Shown one piece after another: positions 38,086 through 47,219 of a DNA stretch of 64,000 nucleotides; position 1 is the stretch's first letter; each line of letters opens with the position of its first letter. A program made the position numbers and the translations under genes. A model generated the notes under the pieces. That model worked only from the letters and a program-made list of their open reading frames with translations, was not told the DNA's origin and did no database searches. The stretch comes from a virus, in IMG/VR virus record IMGVR_UViG_3300033064_006579, positions 1-64,000 of that record. One strand, written 5' to 3'.

Positions 38086-38284
38086 AAATGTTTAAATTAA
38101 AAACGTGCCCGCTCCGCTCAAGGCCCCTAAGACCGGCGGAATGGGTCTCGCCAAACCGGATGTAATTTTTGGCGTCGACACAACGGGCACGCAGCGACAA
38201 AAGGAGATAAATATGAAGTGGGTGGTGGAGGAGGAAAAAGGATTAAAATTCGAGGCAAAACCTCCTCCACCACCCGACATTTAT

Positions 38285-38318
38285 ATTATAATGGAGGTTT
38301 ACTGAATTTCAAAAAAAT
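38285..38318 (-). promoter_or_regulatory. Putative phage promoter
   Basis: + strand ATTATAAT-N8-ACTGAA-N4-AAAAAAAT. Confidence 0.6.
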
Positions 38319-38932
38319 CATTGTCCTCCAAATGCGCATCTCAGCTCCTTGACTGCACTACTTATTTCTGCCCAAGGCCATTTCCACGTCAACCTTATGG
38401 CTGCAACAATCGAGCAAACTGAAATCTCACCATGCTCGCCGCTGGCCTCATCTGGTGAGCGAAGGACAAAATAAACTATTGCTCTCGCCTCGGAAGAAAG
38501 ACTCTCTATTTTCTCCCATAACTCTAATCGTTTTTGTTCCAAAGTAAGAGATCGATCTAAATCTTGGATCGAGTCCAAATAGCCTATTGGATAGTTAATC
38601 GCATCTGCCAAACCTTCGCATGCTTTAGCAGAGGGCTCTATACTCGGAACAAAATAACTTTTAGGAGGCTTTCTTCTTCCACGCACCCTAAGATTTCGAG
38701 GACACCACTGCGGAATAAACGGAAAACTTTCGATTCTTTCCGCTCCAAGTCCTTTGGCAAAAAGCGAAGGGTTTTTACAAAAGGCTCCATCACCCTCGAT
38801 TACACACCCTTTCTCTTCATGAAGACAGAACCCTTCGGAATCTGGACAACATAGGCAAGTATTAGCCTCCACTTTTAATCTTCCATCGTCCCACCCCGCC
38901 CGCCGCCTCCTAAACTCGATTTTTACCTTCAT
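38318..38932 (-). CDS. Hypothetical protein, Cys-rich N-terminus and sigma-region-4-like C-terminus
   Basis: LSSEARAIV...W..I..AVKELR. Weak resemblance only. Confidence 0.4.
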   Translation of the reverse strand: MKVKIEFRRRRAGWDDGRLKVEANTCLCCPDSEGFCLHEEKGCVIEGDGAFCKNPSLFAKGLGAERIESFPFIPQWCPRNLRVRGRRKPPKSYFVPSIEPSAKACEGLADAINYPIGYLDSIQDLDRSLTLEQKRLELWEKIESLSSEARAIVYFVLRSPDEASGEHGEISVCSIVAAIRLTWKWPWAEISSAVKELRCAFGGQ

Positions 38933-39138
38933 CTCCTCCTCTTTTTTATCTTCACTTCTTCGCCGCAGGCTTCGTTCTTAGGATCGAAATCGAATTGGCC
39001 ATCCCAAGAAATCTTTGGAATTTTGTTTGCAATGAGGATTTGACAACATTTGGAACAACAAATAATATCTATTTTCCCATCCTTCTTGCTATCTAAAGTA
39101 GATAGCTCGACACCTTTGCAACAAACACAATAGGCCAT
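38929..39138 (-). CDS. Small zinc-finger protein
   Basis: CVCC...CSKC. GGAGG RBS. Confidence 0.55.
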   Translation of the reverse strand: MAYCVCCKGVELSTLDSKKDGKIDIICCSKCCQILIANKIPKISWDGQFDFDPKNEACGEEVKIKKRRR

Positions 39139-39309
39139 TTTTACCTCCTTATTTATCTAAATAGTCTTCCCAAAGCTCTGCCAGTCGCCCTTCCAACAAG
39201 ACGCCTGGCAATTCTCTTGCCCACCCGACCCTTACTAACAGCGTTGACATCGCCAAGGAGTCGGGCAATGAAATACAAAATTGATCTGATCATTTTTTAT
39301 TCTCCTCCC

Positions 39310-39678
39310 TCAAAATCCGTAATCTTTCAACTCCCCTCGCTTGCGCATCTTGGAGACTTGCCGAGGCGTGACAACACGATTAAATTTACTATTCAACTCC
39401 TCGGCGATCTCGGCGTTCGTTTTGTGAGAATGTTTACCGAAATTTTCCTTTTTACTTTGCTTCATATTGGCCTCTTTTATCTTCATCATTTTGCACGGCT
39501 TGTAGGAACACTCTTTACAAGGATCGCAACGAGTCGCAACGAAAAGACCTTGAAAGGCCATAAAGCCAGAATCCAATTGATTCGACTTCGCAAAAGACTC
39601 TGCAAGCTCGCATCCTGAGTCCCATCGAACCATAGCCATAAACCTCAGAAAATCATTAGTATTCTTTATTTCGTTCAT
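39310..39678 (-). CDS. Putative HTH DNA-binding protein
   Basis: Cys cluster, then TNAEIAEELN...TPRQVSKMR. Confidence 0.5.
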   Translation of the reverse strand: MNEIKNTNDFLRFMAMVRWDSGCELAESFAKSNQLDSGFMAFQGLFVATRCDPCKECSYKPCKMMKIKEANMKQSKKENFGKHSHKTNAEIAEELNSKFNRVVTPRQVSKMRKRGELKDYGF

Positions 39679-39910
39679 AATACATTTCCTCCTTTTTTGA
39701 TGTTTGATTTAACCTCTCAAATCAAAGGGTAACCGAAGTCGCCCTTATCTTTCAAAAATTAAATCATTTCTTTTTAAATTTGGACTTGCTCCCGCCAACC
39801 CACCGCTCTTCACAATGGCGCCTACTGATTTCAGCCCTGGCGAGAGCAAGATTTTTACATCATCTTCTATGACTATTCAGAGTCAGCCTCCGGTTCGGAA
39901 TAAAAACGAT

Positions 39911-40363
39911 CTAAGAATACCAGTGCAAATACCCAAACATGACTTTTACAGAATATTTCTTTGCAAAATAGTCAATAACACCTTTATAAACCTCTTCAAA
40001 TTTTTTCATTGAAAATTCTACCATTTCTTTAGTTATTTCTACCATAGGCAACCTCTCGTCGATGAAGGTGTCACTATCACCCACCAAATTTCCAATGGCA
40101 TAAATAATCGGCGAACCATGATCTGCCATTTGATCCATCCCTTCCCGCAAAAAATCCTCAAACTCATCTGGAAGGATGTTGAAGAGAGATTCTGTATATT
40201 CTTCAAACTCATTGCTTTGCTGTAAAACAGCTCCACAACTGTTGCAAAATTCTCCTAACTTTCTCCCGTGTTCTGGACAAAATAGGTCTTGGCTTCGCAC
40301 TTTCTTTCGGCCAACATCTATTGCCAAAAATGCTCCAATATAAATATTATGATCGACTCCCAT
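39911..40363 (-). CDS. Hypothetical zinc-ribbon protein
   Basis: CPEH...CNSCG. GGAGG RBS. Confidence 0.55.
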   Translation of the reverse strand: MGVDHNIYIGAFLAIDVGRKKVRSQDLFCPEHGRKLGEFCNSCGAVLQQSNEFEEYTESLFNILPDEFEDFLREGMDQMADHGSPIIYAIGNLVGDSDTFIDERLPMVEITKEMVEFSMKKFEEVYKGVIDYFAKKYSVKVMFGYLHWYS

Positions 40364-40474
40364 TTTCTACCTCCTTTGTAATAAGGTGGCGGGCTGGATT
40401 TCACCATGTCGGCCGCAGTCTCTTATTTTTTGCGACAACAGCAAATAGGACCACCCTAATGGTTTAATTTTCTA

Positions 40475-43234
40475 TCAATTAACTGCCATCAACTCAGCGG
40501 CATCTTTTGCCAGTCTCTTCGCCAGTGTCGGCTGGAAGAGAGTTAATAGTTTCTTCCTGTTACCCTTATCGGCAACGTCGGAAAGGGATTTGACACCCTT
40601 GTCCCAAAGCTTTCTCGCCTTAACGGCGCCGACGCCCTTGAGTCTTACAAGCCCAGCCATCTCGGCAGGAATGCCGTAAGTTACTCTTGCCGGCAAAACC
40701 GACCAGAGAGCGTCTTGATTCCACTTGGCATACATCCCATCGATCAAAGATATCGCCTGAACTACCCTGGCAATGTCGAAGATGACACCACGCTTCATCG
40801 CCCCGAGCATCCCTTTAGTCTCTTCTCCAACGAGACAAGAATAAACGGCAAAGGCAGAGACAATAGCATCACTTGCCATTACCCCTCTGTTCTTCAGTTG
40901 CCATCTCATGTCGTCGGTTTCGAACTGAAGATCCTTCGGGACGTATCCCATGTTGTTACTCGGGATATCTCCCAGCGCCCAAGCCAAGGTGATGTCGTCA
41001 AAAGCAACTTGTTTATCTATGAGGTTATCGGTATACATATTAATCGCTTGGGCTGGCTTCTCAGCCGGCCAAATCTTACTGAAGTTCTTATACCACGCAT
41101 AAACGTCATAAGGCGAAAAATACATCCAAGCACAAACCTTGCCTAATCCAGTTACGAACGGTTTGTCGCCGCTCAATCCAATCATCTCCATTCTGAGAAG
41201 ATCGTCAAGAAGCCCCTCGGCATCTGAGGTCGCCAGCGGCATTTGATCTTGCCGATAGGACAGCGATCTTTGATACCACTTCATCAAGCTGCTGACCGAA
41301 GTGATTTCGTTGATCGCTATCTCGGCAATCACATGAAACGCTAAGGTGTGATGGTTGTTAAGGACTGAAGTGACCGGCCGTGGGTTTTTGAAGGTCTCTA
41401 TCCACTGGTTGGTAGTCATTTCCGGGATGATGAGGTAAACGTGGCCCTCGTCATCTATTCCATATCTGCCAGCCCTTCCGGACATCTGAATAATGTCCAG
41501 CTCATCAACTTCGTTAAGGCCGCGATGGACCCCAACGATAATCACGTTTCTCGCCGGGAGATTACGTCCCCAGGCCAACGTCGACGTACTTACCATAACC
41601 CTAATACCATTATCGCGATCAGCAAACTTTCCTTCAACCTCGAGTCGCTCAGAGAGGTTCAAATCGGCATTGTGAAAGACGGCATCCTTCTGGCCGATCT
41701 GATGGAGGCGTTTCACAATGTCTCTGCCAGTACCCTTATCGTGACAGAATATAAGAAATTTTTCATCTGGCTTGCTCATGGCAATATCAACCGCCGTCGA
41801 ACGTTTTTGTTCCTGACTCGCCCAGTAATCTTCCCACCCACGCTGATTGCGAACAATTGGATACTCATGATAATGCATCTGGAGCGTAACCGGTCTCCAG
41901 AGGTTGTAAATCACATTGGTCTTTTTACTATTAAGATCGCTCAGCCACTCGCCAAGCTCGCCAACATTCGGCATTGTAGCGCTCAGGAAAAGGATGCGTG
42001 CATCGCTGTTAATTTTTGTAAACCGCATGATCCCCGATTCCACCGCATGCCCTCTGCTGGTGGTCAAAATATGACTTTCATCAACGATCACTAACCCAAC
42101 CCTTTTGAGCCAATAATTTTTCTCACTGTGCATCTTCCTCGTCCTGGAATCTGCCATCTCGCTCGTCATGACGATAATCCTGCTTCGATCCAACTTCTCC
42201 TTCATTTCCTTAGACAGGCTGTAATCACCAGTCATAATGACGATCTCTTCGTTGGGAAAACGTTTCTGCCAATCATCATATTTCTCTTGAGTCAATGCTT
42301 TGAGAGGAGAAAGGTAGATCACAATTCTATCCTCTTTATAAAGCGTATGATCCATCAAAAGTTCAGCCGCAATAGTTTTGCCAGCGCTCGTTTGAGCGCC
42401 GATAACCAAGTTGGCGTCCTCTTCGTGATAGGCAAAGGTTTCTGATTGAATGGGATTGAAGAAATTAAAGGGATATTCGAACGGCCCGTAGCCCTTGGTG
42501 GCAACCAGTCCGTCAACGGATCGGGCCTCTTCGACTCTCGATACTCCAAGTTCCGTGCGCCGCTCCAACAGCACTTCATCTGTCGCGTCAACTTTCGGTT
42601 CCTCCTCACCCGTCCCATCTCCCTCTTCCACTCTTGACTCAATTTGTTTGTCGTCATTGTCGCTACCTCCCTCTAAGAATTTTTCTTTGAAGGAAGGATC
42701 TTTTTCGAGCACCTTACCTTCAAAAGTAAGTTTACCCTTCGGATTTGTTTCGCCGATTACATATTGCAATTGTTTTTCAGAAAGCGAACCGCGCTCGATC
42801 AACTGTTCGTAAAGGCTTTGAGCGAAGCCCATCCAAGAGACCGCGTCGTGATCGAGGACGCCCTTGACATATTCCATGTCGGTTACTTGCTGAAGTGTCG
42901 CCCTATCCAAAAACTCGGCGACCCTTGATTTGATTCGATTCTCAATGCTTGTCTTCTTCTCGACCCTGAGGATCTTCTTGCCCTTGCCGATGAACTTGCT
43001 ATTTTTTGTATCCCAAAAGACGACGCGGATAGCGTCATCACCCTTACCACGAGTCTCGCCAGTCCTGACGTCAACCGTACTGTAAATTCGTACGGAGATA
43101 ACTGGGTTTTCGGTGGGAATCTCGTAGACGATCTCCTTAATATTTTTCATGTTAGGGTCTTCTACGATCGCCCAATCCTCCGGCAAGATCGCCTCGAACT
43201 GATCCTTCGTCAGCGTAACGAAATTACTTGCCAT
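40475..43234 (-). CDS. Ski2/Hel308-like SF2 helicase with N-terminal extension and C-terminal HhH
   Basis: Motifs QTSAGKT, PLKAL, DESH, LSATMPN, HNADL, TSTLAWGRNLPA, QMSGRAGR and LKGVG. Confidence 0.88.
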   Translation of the reverse strand: MASNFVTLTKDQFEAILPEDWAIVEDPNMKNIKEIVYEIPTENPVISVRIYSTVDVRTGETRGKGDDAIRVVFWDTKNSKFIGKGKKILRVEKKTSIENRIKSRVAEFLDRATLQQVTDMEYVKGVLDHDAVSWMGFAQSLYEQLIERGSLSEKQLQYVIGETNPKGKLTFEGKVLEKDPSFKEKFLEGGSDNDDKQIESRVEEGDGTGEEEPKVDATDEVLLERRTELGVSRVEEARSVDGLVATKGYGPFEYPFNFFNPIQSETFAYHEEDANLVIGAQTSAGKTIAAELLMDHTLYKEDRIVIYLSPLKALTQEKYDDWQKRFPNEEIVIMTGDYSLSKEMKEKLDRSRIIVMTSEMADSRTRKMHSEKNYWLKRVGLVIVDESHILTTSRGHAVESGIMRFTKINSDARILFLSATMPNVGELGEWLSDLNSKKTNVIYNLWRPVTLQMHYHEYPIVRNQRGWEDYWASQEQKRSTAVDIAMSKPDEKFLIFCHDKGTGRDIVKRLHQIGQKDAVFHNADLNLSERLEVEGKFADRDNGIRVMVSTSTLAWGRNLPARNVIIVGVHRGLNEVDELDIIQMSGRAGRYGIDDEGHVYLIIPEMTTNQWIETFKNPRPVTSVLNNHHTLAFHVIAEIAINEITSVSSLMKWYQRSLSYRQDQMPLATSDAEGLLDDLLRMEMIGLSGDKPFVTGLGKVCAWMYFSPYDVYAWYKNFSKIWPAEKPAQAINMYTDNLIDKQVAFDDITLAWALGDIPSNNMGYVPKDLQFETDDMRWQLKNRGVMASDAIVSAFAVYSCLVGEETKGMLGAMKRGVIFDIARVVQAISLIDGMYAKWNQDALWSVLPARVTYGIPAEMAGLVRLKGVGAVKARKLWDKGVKSLSDVADKGNRKKLLTLFQPTLAKRLAKDAAELMAVN

Positions 43235-43312
43235 AATTTTACCTCCTTTTTGATGACTGCATTCTAACTTATCTACCCAACCCTCGAACGAGTCAAGGGC
43301 GGGGCCACAAGG

Positions 43313-43669
43313 TTAGCCGTCCGCACAGAGACGACACATGCCCATCGTTAAAAAGTCGATGATTGTGTCCACCATACAGCCACATCTGTCACAATGTCCG
43401 ATTGTGGAGCGCAACGCGGCCCCGCAATCCTGACAGAAATCGCCGGGTTCTCTCGTCGAGAACCCCACGCATCTTTTACAGTATCCTCGTTCGGAGTTTA
43501 TAGCCTCTGCCCCGCCCTCATGGCAGGAATCGCAGACACCATCGGTCAACCAATCTGCGGGGACGGGCCTCCCGCAGGCATCACACGGGACGGCTTGAGC
43601 CTGGCCCGCTCGTTTAGCGCGGAACTTTTCTTGCTCGCGCTCGATAACCTTTCGATCTTGATCTTTCAT
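43313..43669 (-). CDS. Multi-CxxC zinc-finger protein
   Basis: Six CxxC pairs. Confidence 0.6.
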   Translation of the reverse strand: MKDQDRKVIEREQEKFRAKRAGQAQAVPCDACGRPVPADWLTDGVCDSCHEGGAEAINSERGYCKRCVGFSTREPGDFCQDCGAALRSTIGHCDRCGCMVDTIIDFLTMGMCRLCADG

Positions 43670-43752
43670 CTCTATCCCTCCTCTAATTTGATTAACTCAT
43701 TCTAACAATCATCCCTGCCCAGGCATAAAGCAAAGCGTGGGCAGAGTGAAAA

Positions 43753-44487
43753 TTAGACATCGTCATCGGCGTCGGTCTTAATTCTCCAGTTGTTGTCCAG
43801 GCAGGAGACGACGCCCTTTGCAGATTCAAGAGCTCTAAAGCTCTCGACGAAGGAATCAATGGCTTGAAGCACTTGTCTTTCAACTGTGTCTAAACGTTTC
43901 ATACCAAATAGCTCTTCATAATCTACCCAGTCCCAAGAGTTGGTCATGTTAGCAACTGCATCTCTGATTTGACTTATCCGAACCAACCTGTCGGTGAACG
44001 AGTGAAACGACTGAATCATAAAACGATAAATTGCATTGGTGGTCCCATCAGCCCACTCGGGGACTTCTTGCCAGCGCTTGTCGTGTCGCTTCTTCTCGCT
44101 GGCAGAAACCTTCTCTGTCGCCAAGCAATACCACCTTTTCTTATTGGGGTCGTGTTTGACTTTCATGAAAAAGGCTACTGTGGTAGTGGAAATACCACGG
44201 GGCCATTCTTTTTCGACAATGGGGATGTCTTCCGGATGCTCGACTAAATGATACGCCAAACTCCCCCAATAATCTCTAAGTCCCTCTTTGCCGACAAGGT
44301 AATCGGGCGAATGTTGAGTCGAGCCGTCGCCATAAGTGTCATACTGATAACAGTGCTGTCCGAGATATTGAGCAGGATTGCCATAAAAACCAGTGTGGTT
44401 AGAAAGGTCAGCGCGATCAAACGAATAGCCGATCTTGTCGCCATTCTCCCTACTCTTAAACGTAAACCTCGATCTTAGTTCTGTCAT
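43753..44487 (-). CDS. Hypothetical early protein
   Basis: Conserved GAGGTAAAAATCATG leader. Confidence 0.6.
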   Translation of the reverse strand: MTELRSRFTFKSRENGDKIGYSFDRADLSNHTGFYGNPAQYLGQHCYQYDTYGDGSTQHSPDYLVGKEGLRDYWGSLAYHLVEHPEDIPIVEKEWPRGISTTTVAFFMKVKHDPNKKRWYCLATEKVSASEKKRHDKRWQEVPEWADGTTNAIYRFMIQSFHSFTDRLVRISQIRDAVANMTNSWDWVDYEELFGMKRLDTVERQVLQAIDSFVESFRALESAKGVVSCLDNNWRIKTDADDDV

Positions 44488-44514
44488 GATTTTTACCTCT
44501 CTTTATTTGTTTGC

Positions 44515-44721
44515 TTATTCAACGCCAAGCTTCTCGGCAATTTCCCTGCATTCCCAGCAAGCCTCGGCCCACAAATTATTTTCCTGGCCTTCTTTATTCA
44601 TTTTAATTTGATGAGCTCTTGTTTCACGAAATGCTGCCATACCACCTATGCCCATTTCCGTCAGGTGTCTCTGCTGTGTTTTGTTCAAAACTCTTCTTGC
44701 TAATTTGGTTCTGATTGCCAT
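44515..44721 (-). CDS. Small hypothetical early protein
   Basis: GGAGGTAAAA leader. Confidence 0.55.
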   Translation of the reverse strand: MAIRTKLARRVLNKTQQRHLTEMGIGGMAAFRETRAHQIKMNKEGQENNLWAEACWECREIAEKLGVE

Positions 44722-44833
44722 AATCTTTTACCTCCCTTTATTTTATTTGTTTTTGCCAGCGCTTCCATTATTGCCCCTCACTCTATACAAAAAGTGAGGG
44801 GCAATCCCAAGAGCACCCGCCATTATTTTATTT

Positions 44834-45010
44834 TTATTTTTCTTTTTCTTTTTCGTTTATCGATCCATAATTTTTCTCCTTTCGAAAAATGTGCTTCTCA
44901 AGAGCATTTCGAATCTCTCCCGAGAAGCTCCGGTTATTGGCAAGTGCATCCGCTTTGAGCTGCTTAATTAGATTAACTGGCAGCGTTACGGATACGTTTT
45001 TACGCACCAT
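44834..45010 (-). CDS. Arc/ribbon-helix-helix DNA-binding protein (58 aa, not in ORF track)
   Basis: Manual translation gives MVRKNVSVTLPVNLIKQLKADALANNRSFSGEIRNALE. TAATG-coupled to the upstream gene. Confidence 0.7.
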   Translation of the reverse strand: MVRKNVSVTLPVNLIKQLKADALANNRSFSGEIRNALEKHIFRKEKNYGSINEKEKEK

Positions 45011-45366
45011 TATTTATCCCCTCCTTTCTCTATCAAATCTGTTTGCGAGATGTGGAATACAGTGGTCGTTTTAGGTCGACGACCAGTCTTTGTTTCTTTC
45101 TCCCCGGTCTCGGTGTTCTCGACTTCTTTCTTTATTGACGTGGATATCGATATCCACGTCAATATCTTCACCCCGTGCTCGCCCTTACGAACCTGCCTTC
45201 CCAATGCTCTCCAGGCGTTATACGTGAAGACATTGACTCTCGGTTCGATATCATCCTCGGCAATTCCTTTCTCGGCAAACCCGTTGAAAATTGCCGGGTA
45301 ATTAACCATCGATTCGTGGCCGGTCGCATTAGCGAGTGCCTCTTTTTCGATCTCTTGTTTCGTCAT
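45010..45366 (-). CDS. ArdC N-terminal-like ssDNA-binding (anti-restriction-associated) domain protein
   Basis: FTYNAWRALGRQVRKGEHG...VFHISQT. Confidence 0.8.
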   Translation of the reverse strand: MTKQEIEKEALANATGHESMVNYPAIFNGFAEKGIAEDDIEPRVNVFTYNAWRALGRQVRKGEHGVKILTWISISTSIKKEVENTETGEKETKTGRRPKTTTVFHISQTDLIEKGGDK

Positions 45367-45425
45367 GATTTTACCTCCAATTAAAAAATTTATATCAATC
45401 TGCTATTAACAAAAAACCTCTTCTT

Positions 45426-45608
45426 TTAATCCTTCCAGTATTTTCGCCTCCTTATTTTTGTTTTCTCGCCGAAGATCTTCTCGGCATGAGCCCTCGCAAA
45501 CTCGCAGACGAGATCATCTCTTTTGTAATCAATTCTTACCTTCTCAATCGATCCGAGCTTGACTACTTTGTCTCTGATAAAGGATTTTTGACTTGGTTTA
45601 AGTGCCAT
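45426..45608 (-). CDS. Small hypothetical protein
   Basis: GGAGGGAG RBS. Confidence 0.5.
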   Translation of the reverse strand: MALKPSQKSFIRDKVVKLGSIEKVRIDYKRDDLVCEFARAHAEKIFGEKTKIRRRKYWKD

Positions 45609-45646
45609 TTCTCCCTCCTCTATATAATATTGATTACTTTTAAAAT

Positions 45647-45691
45647 AAAACCTCGTCAGCTGGCGATTAGAGCAGTCAGAATCGGTTTTAA
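45647..45691 (-). repeat. Dispersed 45-bp intergenic repeat, copy 3
   Basis: Reverse complement TTAAAACCGATTCTGACTGCTCTAATCGCCAGCTGACGAGGTTTT. Confidence 0.75.
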
Positions 45692-45912
45692 AGATAATCC
45701 CTGGAGTCCATCTTGGTCATTTGGTTCTCGACATTCTGAATCAAGAAAACCATTGATCCATAGGCTATAATCTCAGCCGTGGCGAAGAACTCTGATTCTG
45801 TAAACGGAGTCAGAACTAGATATTTGTCTGTCTCGTTTACGAAAAAAATCATCCCGGTTGGAATAGCCAACATCTCGACCAGTGCGTCTTTACAACCATC
45901 GAAATTTGTCAT
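45688..45912 (-). CDS. Small hypothetical early protein
   Basis: Leader nearly identical to that of 46957..47211. Confidence 0.55.
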   Translation of the reverse strand: MTNFDGCKDALVEMLAIPTGMIFFVNETDKYLVLTPFTESEFFATAEIIAYGSMVFLIQNVENQMTKMDSRDYL

Positions 45913-46019
45913 GATTTTTACCTCCCTTTTTTAGTTTTTACTTCAAGCTCCAAGTAGGGCCACGAACCAGTGGGGTAGCTCATGACCGAACTAAAAATCT
46001 GAAGTGAAAAGGTTGACAA

Positions 46020-46865
46020 TTAACTGACAAGATCAACAAGTGCTTTCGCTGATGCGACATCGAATTTCTTGTTGATGCCCGTCGTTTGGAATTCCTCGCA
46101 ACTATAAGTAGTAAACCAAACATTGCCCGCCATAAACTTTATCGAAGAGCCTTCAGAATAGCTATTTCGACCAGTTTTGTACACAACTGTTTCCAGGTTC
46201 GTAGCTTTGGGAAAAGTTGCTTTGATCTTGTCGGCGAGGCTGGCCTTCGCATCCACCTTCGCTTTACGGCGGCTTCTATTGTCCTGAATCATCTTCAGAA
46301 GTTCGTTGCACTTCTTGTGGAGGTGAACAGCAACGTTCTTGGCGCCGAAATCCCTCTGGAGTCTATCGGCATTGACTTCAAAATCAGGAGTATAAATACG
46401 AAGAGCATATTTACTTGCTCGATAGCTCTTTGTGTAAAAAGATTCCCTACTAATTTTGGCATAATCATCGCCATCAACCCTTTTGATAAAAGAATTGTCT
46501 TGTCCCCAATCGCCAAACTCAGAGAACAAAGTGTAAATTTCTTTCCCGGCTTCCGTATTCAAGGCACCGACCAGTCCTTGCCATTTAATTTCCGTGATAA
46601 TCTGCGCCTGTTTCCTTACTGCCTCGAGTTTTTCTTCTTTAAGGCATCTGGCACAAATTTTCCTGTCGTCAATTTCTTCACTAATTTGCTTGTGACAGGA
46701 TTCGCATTCGATAACCGCCATTACCCTGTTGAACTCGGATGCGTAAATCTTACCTTGATCCACGTCTTCCATCGTTTGCAACAAGTTCTTGATTGCCTCT
46801 GTTGATCCAGCCTTTTCAGCCTCTTCCTTTACCATTTTGATAAAAACTAATTCTTTTTCAGCCAT
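46020..46865 (-). CDS. Hypothetical early protein with zinc finger
   Basis: CESC...CARC. GGAGG RBS before MAEKE. Confidence 0.6.
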   Translation of the reverse strand: MAEKELVFIKMVKEEAEKAGSTEAIKNLLQTMEDVDQGKIYASEFNRVMAVIECESCHKQISEEIDDRKICARCLKEEKLEAVRKQAQIITEIKWQGLVGALNTEAGKEIYTLFSEFGDWGQDNSFIKRVDGDDYAKISRESFYTKSYRASKYALRIYTPDFEVNADRLQRDFGAKNVAVHLHKKCNELLKMIQDNRSRRKAKVDAKASLADKIKATFPKATNLETVVYKTGRNSYSEGSSIKFMAGNVWFTTYSCEEFQTTGINKKFDVASAKALVDLVS

Positions 46866-46889
46866 TATTTTTACCTCCAATTTTATTTA

Positions 46890-46952
46890 GCCTGTCTCAT
46901 CAGACAGGGTAGGCTATATCCCTATGACCCGCCGGAGCGGGTTTCGACAAAC
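46890..46952 (-). ncRNA. Type II hammerhead ribozyme
   Basis: Minus strand reads GTTTGTC GAAA CCCGC tccg GCGGG TC ATAGGG atatagccta CCCTGT CTGATGA GACAGGC. The full core is present and all three stems pair. Confidence 0.9.
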
Positions 46953-46956
46953 ATTG

Positions 46957-47211
46957 TTAAAAATCGTGCGCCAGCCTTCTTGGCTCAATCCAGCCCTCCC
47001 GAGTTCTCTCGACTTCTCCATAACCAGAGAACACTTCCAGATCGCTCCCCGAAATCTTTTCGTAAACAGCTACTGTCACTCTCTCGCCAGGTTCCAGATA
47101 TTTTGCCACTGCTCGGTAGGATCGAAAATCCCGACTTTCGATCCTTTTAATATCAATAACTCGGGTTGTTGACATAACAACGATCCTAATCCTTTTTGCC
47201 AATCTTGTCAT
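46957..47211 (-). CDS. Small hypothetical early protein
   Basis: Conserved leader/RBS. Confidence 0.55.
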   Translation of the reverse strand: MTRLAKRIRIVVMSTTRVIDIKRIESRDFRSYRAVAKYLEPGERVTVAVYEKISGSDLEVFSGYGEVERTREGWIEPRRLAHDF

Positions 47212-47219
47212 GATTCTTA

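Noticed and set aside
40386-40456. Degenerate tRNA-like 3' end (TGG-TGAAAT-CCA-GCCCGCCACC on the minus strand)
   Set aside because: T-loop and D arm are not canonical. Only a weak hairpin can be supported.
45941-46004. Pistol ribozyme-like TAGGGCCACG
   Set aside because: The required complementary P1 strand and pseudoknot partner are absent.
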